DNA from: Parcubacteria group bacterium
GTDB lineage: Bacteria > Patescibacteriota > Minisyncoccia > UBA10092
DNA: 64,000 bases
Reading direction: 5' to 3'
Assembly (NCBI GenBank): GCA_016186325.1
Contig: JACPLW010000010.1
Location: forward strand, 22,856 to 86,855
Each line of letters opens with the position of its first letter. Within the stretch, counting starts at the first letter, position 1. A program made the position numbers and the translations under genes. Shown piece after piece: positions 8,617 through 16,999 of this stretch. A model generated the notes under the pieces. It was not told the origin of the DNA and searched no databases. It worked only from the letters and a program-made list of their open reading frames with translations.

Positions 8617-9788
8617 AGCCTAAGGTTAGCATCTGCGACTATTTTTTTCCATGAATCTTTTTGCGGTTTTTTCTTGAGATAATTAAAATAGCCGGCGGCG
8701 GCAATCATCGCGGCATTGTCGGTGGTGTAAGACAAATCGGGAACAAGCAACGGGATTTTATAGGATGCGATTTTTTTCGCCATTTCTTCGCGCAGTTTTC
8801 TATTGGCGGACACGCCGCCGGCAATCATTACTGATTTTGGATTGAAATTTTTCACCGCTTTAAGCGTTTTAGCGATTAAAACATCAACTATCGCATTCTG
8901 AACTTCAAAAGCCAAAGTCGGTCTGATTTTAGAAATCGGATATTTTTTTATCAAATCATTATACAGATACAAAACTGCGGTTTTAAGTCCTGAAAAAGAA
9001 AAGTTATGATTATCAGAATTTATCATCGGCCGAGGGAGTTTAATTTCGAATTTAGAATTTCGAATTTCGAATTTGTTTGTGATTTGTGATTTGTGATTTG
9101 TGATTTTTGATGCTTCGGTGGCGATAGCGGGACCGCCGGGGTATCCGAGGCCTAGAAGACGCGCCGTTTTATCAAAAGCCTCTCCGGCCGCGTCGTCAAG
9201 TGTTTGGCCTACAATTTTATATTGGCCGTAGTTTCTCATTAAAACCAGCTCAGTGTGCCCGCCGGAAACGATAAGAATTAACGCGGGAAATTCAATTTTT
9301 TTTGAGATTTGTCTCCCTTCGGTAGATCCCCCGTAGGGGGAAGATTTGTCTCCCTTCGGGAGATCCCCCGTAGGGGGAAGATTTGAGATTTTTCCAATTG
9401 GCGGCAGCCAATTGGAATAGATGTGTCCCTCGATATGATTGACGCCTATAATAGGTTTTTGCCACCTATAAGCTGGGGCCCTAGCGAAATTGACTCCGAT
9501 TAAAAGCGACGGCACTAGTCCCGGTCCCCGCGTTACCGCAATCAGGTCAACTTTCTCACTATTGATGTCGGACATCGATAATGCGGCGTTGATTGTGGGG
9601 CCGATTTTTTCAAGATGGGCACGACTAGCGAGATTGGGAACGACTCCCCCGAATTTCTTGTGAATCGCCACCTGGGAATAGGAAACATTTGATAAAACTG
9701 AAAAATAAGGGTTATCAAATCCTCCCTTTGCTTCTATAATCGCCGCGGCAGTGTCGTCGCATGAAGTTTCAATCCCTAGGATATGCAT
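8613..9788 (-). CDS. tsaD: tRNA N6-adenosine threonylcarbamoyltransferase
   Basis: ILGIETSCDDT, HIEGH, VSGGHT, DDAAGEAFDK, FSFSGLKT, TDNAAMIA. Confidence 0.96.
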   Translation of the reverse strand: MHILGIETSCDDTAAAIIEAKGGFDNPYFSVLSNVSYSQVAIHKKFGGVVPNLASRAHLEKIGPTINAALSMSDINSEKVDLIAVTRGPGLVPSLLIGVNFARAPAYRWQKPIIGVNHIEGHIYSNWLPPIGKISNLPPTGDLPKGDKSSPYGGSTEGRQISKKIEFPALILIVSGGHTELVLMRNYGQYKIVGQTLDDAAGEAFDKTARLLGLGYPGGPAIATEASKITNHKSQITNKFEIRNSKFEIKLPRPMINSDNHNFSFSGLKTAVLYLYNDLIKKYPISKIRPTLAFEVQNAIVDVLIAKTLKAVKNFNPKSVMIAGGVSANRKLREEMAKKIASYKIPLLVPDLSYTTDNAAMIAAAGYFNYLKKKPQKDSWKKIVADANLRL

Positions 9789-9795
9789 ACATTTG

Positions 9796-9870
9796 TAGCG
9801 CCAGCGGGATTTGAACCCGCGTACTCAGCTTGAAAAGCTGATGTCCTGGACCAGGCTAGACGATGGCGCC
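9796..9870 (-). tRNA. tRNA-Glu(TTC)
   Basis: Reverse-complement cloverleaf, anticodon arm TCAGC-TTTTCAA-GCTGA. Confidence 0.95.
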
Positions 9871-10019
9871 ATTCCGTCTATTTTATCGGATTTTTTTAAT
9901 TTTGACAAATTGCTTTTTTAAAATTATTATGTGTAAGTGCAGTTGACGCCGGTGTATTTTTATGTAATGATTTCTGGTACTTTGACGGCTCTTTTACAAC
10001 CTGAAAAGAGGGGAGCAAA

Positions 10020-11873
10020 ATGCCTGAAGAACTTGACCGATCTGATGGGCCGATTAATGTGGAGCAACTCTTATTAGAGCTTCGCGATATTAACCTAAAA
10101 ATTCCCCATGTTAAGCCGACAGAAATTCAAGAGCAGCTTCGTGAGTCGGCGAAAAAATTGCGCGCGAAGTTAGAAGAGCTTTTTAAGAGAATTGAAAACG
10201 ATCATGAAAGGCGAGTTCATCTTACGCAGGCTTTAGAGAGGGCTTCGGCTGAAATTGAAAGACTTACGGCTCCGCCCCTTCCTTATGGTTATGTGGATCG
10301 CATTCACGATGATGGCACGATTGATGTTTTTATTAACAAGGATAATAGAAGGCGCGTTAATGTCTCTCCAGAAGTTAATGTTAAAGAATTGAAAACCGGT
10401 CAGCGGGCGCTCTTAAGTAATATAAACTACACCATTTTAGAAATTGATGAGGAATGGGAAAAGATTGGAGAAGAAGGCAAGGTCTCTGCTCTTCTAGGTG
10501 AAGACATAGTGAGAGTGGTCACTCATCTTGATGAAGTTCATGATGTAATCTTAGCCGCGCCTTTGAGAGAACAAAAAATTCGCGAAGGCGATTCCCTTCT
10601 CATTTTTGGAAATTTTGCTTTTGCTAAGTTACCCAAAGCAGAAACCGATGAGCTTCTGCTTGAAAAAGTGCCCGAAATTGGTTTCGCCCAAATCGGCGGC
10701 TTGAAAAATCAGGTTGAAATACTGCTTGAGGCCATTGAATATCCGGCGCTTTATCCGGAATTGTTCGCGCTTCATAAGCTCAAGCCGACTAAGGGCGTCT
10801 TGCTTTACGGGCCTCCCGGTTGCGGCAAAACACTTTTGGCCAAAGCCGTGGCTAACTTATTGGCGCAGAAGACGCGTAAGAAAATAGGCGATGCAAATAT
10901 CTGTGCTTATTTCATCAATATTAAAGGTCCGGAACTTCTTAATAAGTGGGTTGGCGAAACAGAGAGAAAAATCCGCGAAGTATTCCAGCGTGCCAGAGAA
11001 AAGGCGGTAGAAGGCTCCCCCGTTATTATCTTTTTTGACGAATTTGATTCTCTTTTCAGAACCCGCGGTTCGGGGATTTCTTCCGATATTGAGTCAACTG
11101 TCGTGCCACAGTTTTTATCCATGTTGGATGGCGCTGAGGAGCTTAATAATGTCATTGTTATAGGCGCCTCCAATAGGCAAGACCTAATTGATCCAGCGAT
11201 ACTGCGCCCCGGCCGTTTTGATATCAAGATTAAGGTTGACCGGCCTGATGAACTTGGCGCCAAAGAAATTCTTGGAATTTATGTTACTCCCGATTTGCCT
11301 TGGGGCGAAGATTCCGAAGGCAAGTCGTATGTTGGCCAGAAATTTCATTCGGTTGTTAACCGTTTGCATGGCAATAAACCATATAGCGTTGATTTAAGTA
11401 CGCCGGAACTAGTAGTTGAACACATGATCAAGGTTATTGTTGAATATTTGTATTATGTCGGTCCGCCGATTGCTTGGACTGACAGGCGCGGCAACCAGCA
11501 TGAATACAACACCGAATGCATTGAAATTACTTGGGCCGATGGAGAAAGGAAAATGTTATATGTTAAGGATATTTTGGTTTCCGGTGCCATGATTGAAAGC
11601 ATCGTAAATCGCGTTAAGAAAATAGCCATTAAACGCGCCGTCACTGGTAAAGGAGGCATTAAAATGGTTGATTTTTATACGGCCATAAGAGACGAAATCA
11701 AAGAAAGCAGTGACTTGCCGAATACCAATAATCCTGATGATTGGGCCAAGATCATCGGCCAGCGTTCGGAGAGCGGCCAGCGGATTGTTAATGTCCGCCC
11801 CATTATTGGGACACAGAGGGTGGCTAGTTCCCGGAGTACAGAACATGTTGTTACTACCGGCCAATATTTGTAA
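10020..11873 (+). CDS. arc: Proteasome-associated AAA ATPase (ARC/Mpa)
   Basis: N-terminal coiled coil, two OB-like segments, GVLLYGPPGCGKT, IKGPELLNKWVGETE, FFDEFDSLFRTRGSGISSD, DLPNTNNPDDW, C-terminal GQYL. Confidence 0.93.
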   Translation: MPEELDRSDGPINVEQLLLELRDINLKIPHVKPTEIQEQLRESAKKLRAKLEELFKRIENDHERRVHLTQALERASAEIERLTAPPLPYGYVDRIHDDGTIDVFINKDNRRRVNVSPEVNVKELKTGQRALLSNINYTILEIDEEWEKIGEEGKVSALLGEDIVRVVTHLDEVHDVILAAPLREQKIREGDSLLIFGNFAFAKLPKAETDELLLEKVPEIGFAQIGGLKNQVEILLEAIEYPALYPELFALHKLKPTKGVLLYGPPGCGKTLLAKAVANLLAQKTRKKIGDANICAYFINIKGPELLNKWVGETERKIREVFQRAREKAVEGSPVIIFFDEFDSLFRTRGSGISSDIESTVVPQFLSMLDGAEELNNVIVIGASNRQDLIDPAILRPGRFDIKIKVDRPDELGAKEILGIYVTPDLPWGEDSEGKSYVGQKFHSVVNRLHGNKPYSVDLSTPELVVEHMIKVIVEYLYYVGPPIAWTDRRGNQHEYNTECIEITWADGERKMLYVKDILVSGAMIESIVNRVKKIAIKRAVTGKGGIKMVDFYTAIRDEIKESSDLPNTNNPDDWAKIIGQRSESGQRIVNVRPIIGTQRVASSRSTEHVVTTGQYL

Positions 11874-11883
11874 TAAAGTAAAC

Positions 11884-11910
11884 ATCCGCGCAAATTGCGC
11901 GGATATTTTA
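11884..11910 (+). terminator. Intrinsic terminator after arc
   Basis: ATCCGCGCA-AAT-TGCGCGGAT hairpin followed by T-rich tract. Confidence 0.65.
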
Positions 11911-11962
11911 TTTCTGATACCATGTTTTAAGTGATTTGTACTTTTAAAAGAGGAGAAATCAA

Positions 11963-13729
11963 ATGCAGGTCCTTGTTTCAGATATCGACTATTATGATGG
12001 CTACGGAGATTTTTCAGACCTTTTTTATCGATGTTTGCCCAGACGCCGTTTTAACCGGATACGCTATGAGCTTCCTATGGTTTTTGGAAGCGAAACAGAA
12101 TTTGGTTTGACATACAGCAGGGTACTCGATAAAGAAAAGGCAAAATTTTTTCCGGTAGATTCTCCGGAGACAGTTTTTCTCCATATTATTAAGAAAGTTG
12201 CCGAAAAAACAAAAGCCTTTGCGCGCGATCCGGCATCGCCATGGTTAAGAAACGGACTAAATCATTTTGATCGGATCAGCATTGGTAAAATAACCGAAGC
12301 GGCGATTTCAGACGATATTTCCTGTCTTCCCGTTAAGCTTAAAAAAGCAGTTGAAAGAACAGGACTATCGGCTAAAGATTTTTATTTGGGAGAAACAGGA
12401 ATATTTTTAGAAGAAGGCAGCCGTCTTTACATCGACGGTCCGCATTTAGAATCGTCTATCAGTGAATGCCGGGAACCGGGCGAAGTAGTTTGTCATGAAA
12501 AAGCAATGGAGAATATTATTACCGGAGTTTTACCTGAACTGGAAAATGAGATCGGTCGTGAAATTGTTATTCTTAAGGATAATACCGATAGGCACGGCAA
12601 CAGTTATGGCTGTCATACAAACTATCTGCTTATGCTGGAATTTTTCAATCGGCTTTACGTAAAAAACGAATGGAGCGATGCTTGGTTAAGTTTTATTACC
12701 TCCGGCATAATTGTTACCGGCAGCGGTAAGGTCGGCTATGAATGCTATAGCGAGCCGTGCGACTACCAAATTTCTCAAAGAGCCGATCATTTTATGAGAA
12801 TTTTAGGCAGCGGTACGATGTATTTTCGTCCGCTTATCAACTTTAGAGACGAACCGTTGGCCGACAGAGCGAAATACGGCCGTTTTCATGTAATTTTAGA
12901 TGATTCCAATATGGCCGAATGGTCCATTTATCTTAAAATTGGCACTAAAGCGCTGGTTTTAAATATGCTTCAGCATCAATTTTTCGAAGGTGGAAAAACT
13001 ATCAAGTATAAAGAGCTTTTTATAGATAATCCGATTGAATCTCTAAAATTCATTTCCAGGGATTTGACGTGTAAGAAGAAAGTCCTGTTAGCGGACGGCA
13101 GTGAAAAATCAGCTCTTGAAATTCAAGAGGAATGGCTAAGTATTGTTGAAGATTTTTATTCAGGTTCTGATTCTTATCCTTTTTGGATTTCGGATGTTAT
13201 AGCAAAATGGAAATTAACTCTACGGTGGATTAGAGATGATGATGACAATCTTGATTCGGTTTTGGACTGGCGGATTAAACTTTCCCTCATCAAAGGTATA
13301 AAAGAAAAATATGCCAAAAGAGGAATAACTCTTGATTGGCGAGATGGTCGGATTAAAGATTTAGACTGCCTTTACCATAGTTTGGGTCCCAAAGGTCTTT
13401 ACAATTGCGCTTTAAAAGCGGGTCACATTGAAAGAATTGTAACAGATGAACAAATTGAAATAGCTAAAACTGAGCCACCCGAAAACACCAGAGCATGGCT
13501 GCGCGGCCGGTTTATAAGGCACTTTTTGCCACATCTTGTCGATGCCAGCTGGGAGCTCCTGTCTTTTTATATTAAAATCGGTGATTTTGAAACATTGGTG
13601 TCGCTTAAGATGGACCCGCTCTGCAGTACGCGCCATAAGGTGGGCGAGTTGTTTACAGAAACAGACAGTTATGAAAGTTTTTGCAAGAGGTTTCTTTCCA
13701 TGTATTTAAGTGGTAGGAGTCTTTTTTAA
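11963..13729 (+). CDS. Dop/PafA2-like Pup deamidase-depupylase family protein
   Basis: GSETEF, long Dop-loop-like insert, RLYIDGPH, NTDRHGNSYGCH, SQRADH, RPLINFRDEP, PPENTRAWLRG. Confidence 0.85.
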   Translation: MQVLVSDIDYYDGYGDFSDLFYRCLPRRRFNRIRYELPMVFGSETEFGLTYSRVLDKEKAKFFPVDSPETVFLHIIKKVAEKTKAFARDPASPWLRNGLNHFDRISIGKITEAAISDDISCLPVKLKKAVERTGLSAKDFYLGETGIFLEEGSRLYIDGPHLESSISECREPGEVVCHEKAMENIITGVLPELENEIGREIVILKDNTDRHGNSYGCHTNYLLMLEFFNRLYVKNEWSDAWLSFITSGIIVTGSGKVGYECYSEPCDYQISQRADHFMRILGSGTMYFRPLINFRDEPLADRAKYGRFHVILDDSNMAEWSIYLKIGTKALVLNMLQHQFFEGGKTIKYKELFIDNPIESLKFISRDLTCKKKVLLADGSEKSALEIQEEWLSIVEDFYSGSDSYPFWISDVIAKWKLTLRWIRDDDDNLDSVLDWRIKLSLIKGIKEKYAKRGITLDWRDGRIKDLDCLYHSLGPKGLYNCALKAGHIERIVTDEQIEIAKTEPPENTRAWLRGRFIRHFLPHLVDASWELLSFYIKIGDFETLVSLKMDPLCSTRHKVGELFTETDSYESFCKRFLSMYLSGRSLF

Positions 13730-13735
13730 AGTTTT

Positions 13736-13761
13736 AAACCCCTTCGTTTCGAAGGGGTTTT
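13736..13761 (+). terminator. Intrinsic terminator
   Basis: AAACCCCTTCG-TTT-CGAAGGGGTTTT. Confidence 0.7.
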
Positions 13762-13863
13762 ACGTATAAAAACCAGGATATGGCAATTTTCTTAAAGCTA
13801 CGTTAAGATATAAAAAGTCATTTTTATTCTTTAACAACTTATTAAGATAGGAATGAGAGTGCT

Positions 13864-15360
13864 ATGAGAGATCGAGTCATGGGAGGCGAAATCGAATGGC
13901 TTGGTAACTTTAGGCCCAATCCTAACTGCCGATGGCAGGAAGCCGGGAACCTGTTTGAATCAATTAAAGCATTTCTTTGCAAAAAATATAGTATTAACAA
14001 TTCTGGAGAGTTATTTCTTCCAAACGGCTCTCGTTTTTACCATGAGTCAACGGGTAATCATATTGAGACCACGACCCCCGAATGTGGAAGCGCAAGAGAT
14101 GTCTTAAAATACGAAAAATGGCAAGAGCGCTTTATGTGCCGACTTTCAAAAGAACTGAAGGACAGTCTGGGAGAATTCGTGTTTCAAAAAAAGAACAGCA
14201 GTGATAATTTAGCCGATACCCGCGGCTCTCATGAGAGTTATTTGTCCGATAAAATGTTTAGTGATTTACTGAGTTCTGCTCAAGCAAGATTATATTCTAT
14301 GCCCCCCACTATGGACCCGCGGCTTAATTATCTTATTCTGTTTTTAATAACACGTCAGATTTTTACCGGTAGCGGCGGCGGCATTTTAAGCTGCCAAGAC
14401 AACAGTCGCAACGATTATGTAATTTCTCCTAGGGCTTATTTCATTGAGACGATTTTTAGCTCTTCATCAACCAGCTCGCGGCCGATTATTCACATTCGCA
14501 AAGAAGCGTTAGCCGATGACTCCAAATATTGGCGCAATCATTTTATTTTAGGCGATGCTAATATGGCCGACCTTTCAATCTTTCTTAAATTCGGAACGAC
14601 AAGCGCCGTTTTGGAGATGATCGAGGAAGGTTTTTACGATAAGACATTGAATATGTTTGATCCTCGTGAAGCTGCCAATCTATTTAAAAAAATCTCCGGC
14701 GATTTAACCCTGCGAAACGTGCCAATTCGTTTGGTGGGTGGCGGAGATGAAGGTGTTATAGGAATCCAAAAACGATTCTGCCAAGATTTCAAAAGATACC
14801 TCGGCTATTCCGGTCAAGGCGGAGAAAAATTAGAAATTGCGCAAAGATGGTGGGAGATTTTGGAATGCCTGCAAGGGGACGATGAAAAAGTTTATCGGGA
14901 GTTAGATTACAAGATTAAGTTTAGGCTTTTAAATGACTATATGACGGCAAGGGGTCTTTCTCTTTCTGATAACAAGGTTAGGATGCTCGATCTTGACTAC
15001 CACAGTTCGGATCCGAAAAAAAGCTTTTATTACTTGTTAAAGAATCGTCCGAGTTCTAAATTTGAAAGTTTGGTGAGTGAAAGTAAAATTTTGGAAAGAG
15101 GGGGCCTACCTCCAAATACCAGGGCTAAGTTAAGAGCTCAAATTCAATTGCTTCTTGAAGAATTAGACATGTCTTATAGTTTAAATTGGGATTTGGTGTC
15201 GTTCAAACCCATTGGTTCAGATGTACCTGAAAGAAAATTACACTTACCAGAACCGCGCGTTTCATCATTTGACGGTCTAAATTTTGAAAAAAACTATGAT
15301 GCCATAGATTATCTAAACTCTTTAAAGCCCGGCGCTATTAAAATTCGTAAAGCCCCCTAG
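13864..15360 (+). CDS. PafA-like Pup ligase family protein (divergent)
   Basis: RVMGGEIEW, LFLPNGSRFY, TTPEC, GSHESY, TRQIFTGSG, SRPII, GDANM, PPNTRAKLR. Confidence 0.82.
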   Translation: MRDRVMGGEIEWLGNFRPNPNCRWQEAGNLFESIKAFLCKKYSINNSGELFLPNGSRFYHESTGNHIETTTPECGSARDVLKYEKWQERFMCRLSKELKDSLGEFVFQKKNSSDNLADTRGSHESYLSDKMFSDLLSSAQARLYSMPPTMDPRLNYLILFLITRQIFTGSGGGILSCQDNSRNDYVISPRAYFIETIFSSSSTSSRPIIHIRKEALADDSKYWRNHFILGDANMADLSIFLKFGTTSAVLEMIEEGFYDKTLNMFDPREAANLFKKISGDLTLRNVPIRLVGGGDEGVIGIQKRFCQDFKRYLGYSGQGGEKLEIAQRWWEILECLQGDDEKVYRELDYKIKFRLLNDYMTARGLSLSDNKVRMLDLDYHSSDPKKSFYYLLKNRPSSKFESLVSESKILERGGLPPNTRAKLRAQIQLLLEELDMSYSLNWDLVSFKPIGSDVPERKLHLPEPRVSSFDGLNFEKNYDAIDYLNSLKPGAIKIRKAP

Positions 15361-15436
15361 GGCTTTTATTTTTTAAACTTCCAGCCTTCATGTTTAGCGG
15401 TTTTTGTGATATAAAGAACGCATCATATAGAGGATT

Positions 15437-16993
15437 ATGGGTAAACATTATTTAAATATCGGACAGGCTTCTGAAATAACCGATTCAAAAGATCGGCGTT
15501 TTTACCGTTTTTTGGAAATTCTTCCCGGCCTACTTTCTTGGAGCACTATTTTTTTAGTCATTTTTCTTTCTTGGGCCGAGCCTTTTCTTGTCGCCATTTT
15601 CATAATTTTTTTTGACGTTTATTGGCTTTTAAAGACAATTTTCCTTTCTCTTCACATGAGAGTCGCTTTTAACAAGATGAAAGAAAACTTAAAGAGAAAT
15701 TGGCAAAATGAATTGGAAACCGTTCCGGTAGGTTCCGAGGTTCTATCGGGAACGAGTTGGCGCAATATTTATCACCTTGTGATTTTGCCGATGTATAAAG
15801 AACCGCTGGAAGTAGTGCGCGCCAGTTTTTTAAGCTTGGCAAAAATTAATTATCCGCTTAGCAAAGTTATTGTTGTTTTGGCGATTGAAGAGCGCGGCGG
15901 CGAACCGGCTTTAACGGTAGCGCGTGAAATTGAAAAAGAATTTGGAGGCGCGTTTTTTAAATTTTTGGTATCCGTTCATCCTAAAGATATTACCGGCGAA
16001 GTTGCGGGAAAAGGGTCTAACGATTTCTGGGCTATTAGGGCGGTTAAAAATAAAATTATTGACACACTTAACATTTCTTACGAAAGAATTATTGTTTCTG
16101 TTTTTGACGCCGACACTATCACTCATCCCGAATTTTTTGGCCGCCTTGCTTATGCGTATTTGTCTTGTAAAAAGCCGCTTCGCTCCTCGTTTCAGCCGAT
16201 TCCGCTTTTTATAAACAATATTTGGCAGGCGCCGGCTTTCTCAAGAATTTTTGCTTTTTCAACGACTTTTTGGCAGATGATTCAGCAATCACGGCCGGAA
16301 CGGCTTATAACTTTTTCTTCCCAGTCAATAGGTTTTAAGCCTCTTAGCGAGATCGGTTTTTGGCAAACCAACGTGGTGAGCGAGGACTCAAGAATTTTCT
16401 GGCAATGTTTGTTAAATTTTGACGGCGATTGGCAAACGGTGCCGTTGTTTTTTCCGGTTTATATGGATGCCAATATCGGAAATACTTTTTGGCAAACCAT
16501 AAAAAACCAATATAAACAAATTCAACGCTGGGCTTACGGCGTTGAAAATAAACCCTATTTTCTATTTGGTTTTTCTAAAAATAAAAAAATTGAAAGAAAG
16601 AAAAAATGGCTTCTTAGTTTTATCATGGTTGAAAGCGCCCATTCTCTTGCTACCAATTCTTTGATTATTTTCATGCTCGGATGGCTGCCGACGGTAATTG
16701 GAGGCGGTCGTTTTTCACAAACGCTTCTTTCTTATAATCTTCCTTATATCACTCGCCTTATAATGACTTTAGCAATGGTCGGTTTAGTTTTTACTGCCAT
16801 TATAGCCACAAATCTTCTTCCGCCAAAACCGCCGCATTACGGTCGGTTCAAGTGGTTTTTGATGATTGCCCAATGGTTTCTTTTTCCGATAAACATGATT
16901 GTTTTCGGTTCCATACCCGCTCTTGACGCCCAAACGCGATTAATGTTTGGAAAATATTTAGGTTTCTGGAGCACGCCAAAATCGATAAACTAG
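15437..16993 (+). CDS. Membrane glycosyltransferase family 2
   Basis: ILPMYKE, FDAD, SED, QIQRW motif, TM helices. Confidence 0.85.
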   Translation: MGKHYLNIGQASEITDSKDRRFYRFLEILPGLLSWSTIFLVIFLSWAEPFLVAIFIIFFDVYWLLKTIFLSLHMRVAFNKMKENLKRNWQNELETVPVGSEVLSGTSWRNIYHLVILPMYKEPLEVVRASFLSLAKINYPLSKVIVVLAIEERGGEPALTVAREIEKEFGGAFFKFLVSVHPKDITGEVAGKGSNDFWAIRAVKNKIIDTLNISYERIIVSVFDADTITHPEFFGRLAYAYLSCKKPLRSSFQPIPLFINNIWQAPAFSRIFAFSTTFWQMIQQSRPERLITFSSQSIGFKPLSEIGFWQTNVVSEDSRIFWQCLLNFDGDWQTVPLFFPVYMDANIGNTFWQTIKNQYKQIQRWAYGVENKPYFLFGFSKNKKIERKKKWLLSFIMVESAHSLATNSLIIFMLGWLPTVIGGGRFSQTLLSYNLPYITRLIMTLAMVGLVFTAIIATNLLPPKPPHYGRFKWFLMIAQWFLFPINMIVFGSIPALDAQTRLMFGKYLGFWSTPKSIN

Positions 16994-16999
16994 AATTTT

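Noticed and set aside
13730-13863. Possible pup/UBact gene between dop and pafA
   Set aside because: Only an 8-codon ORF and a terminator; no G[EQ] C-terminus.
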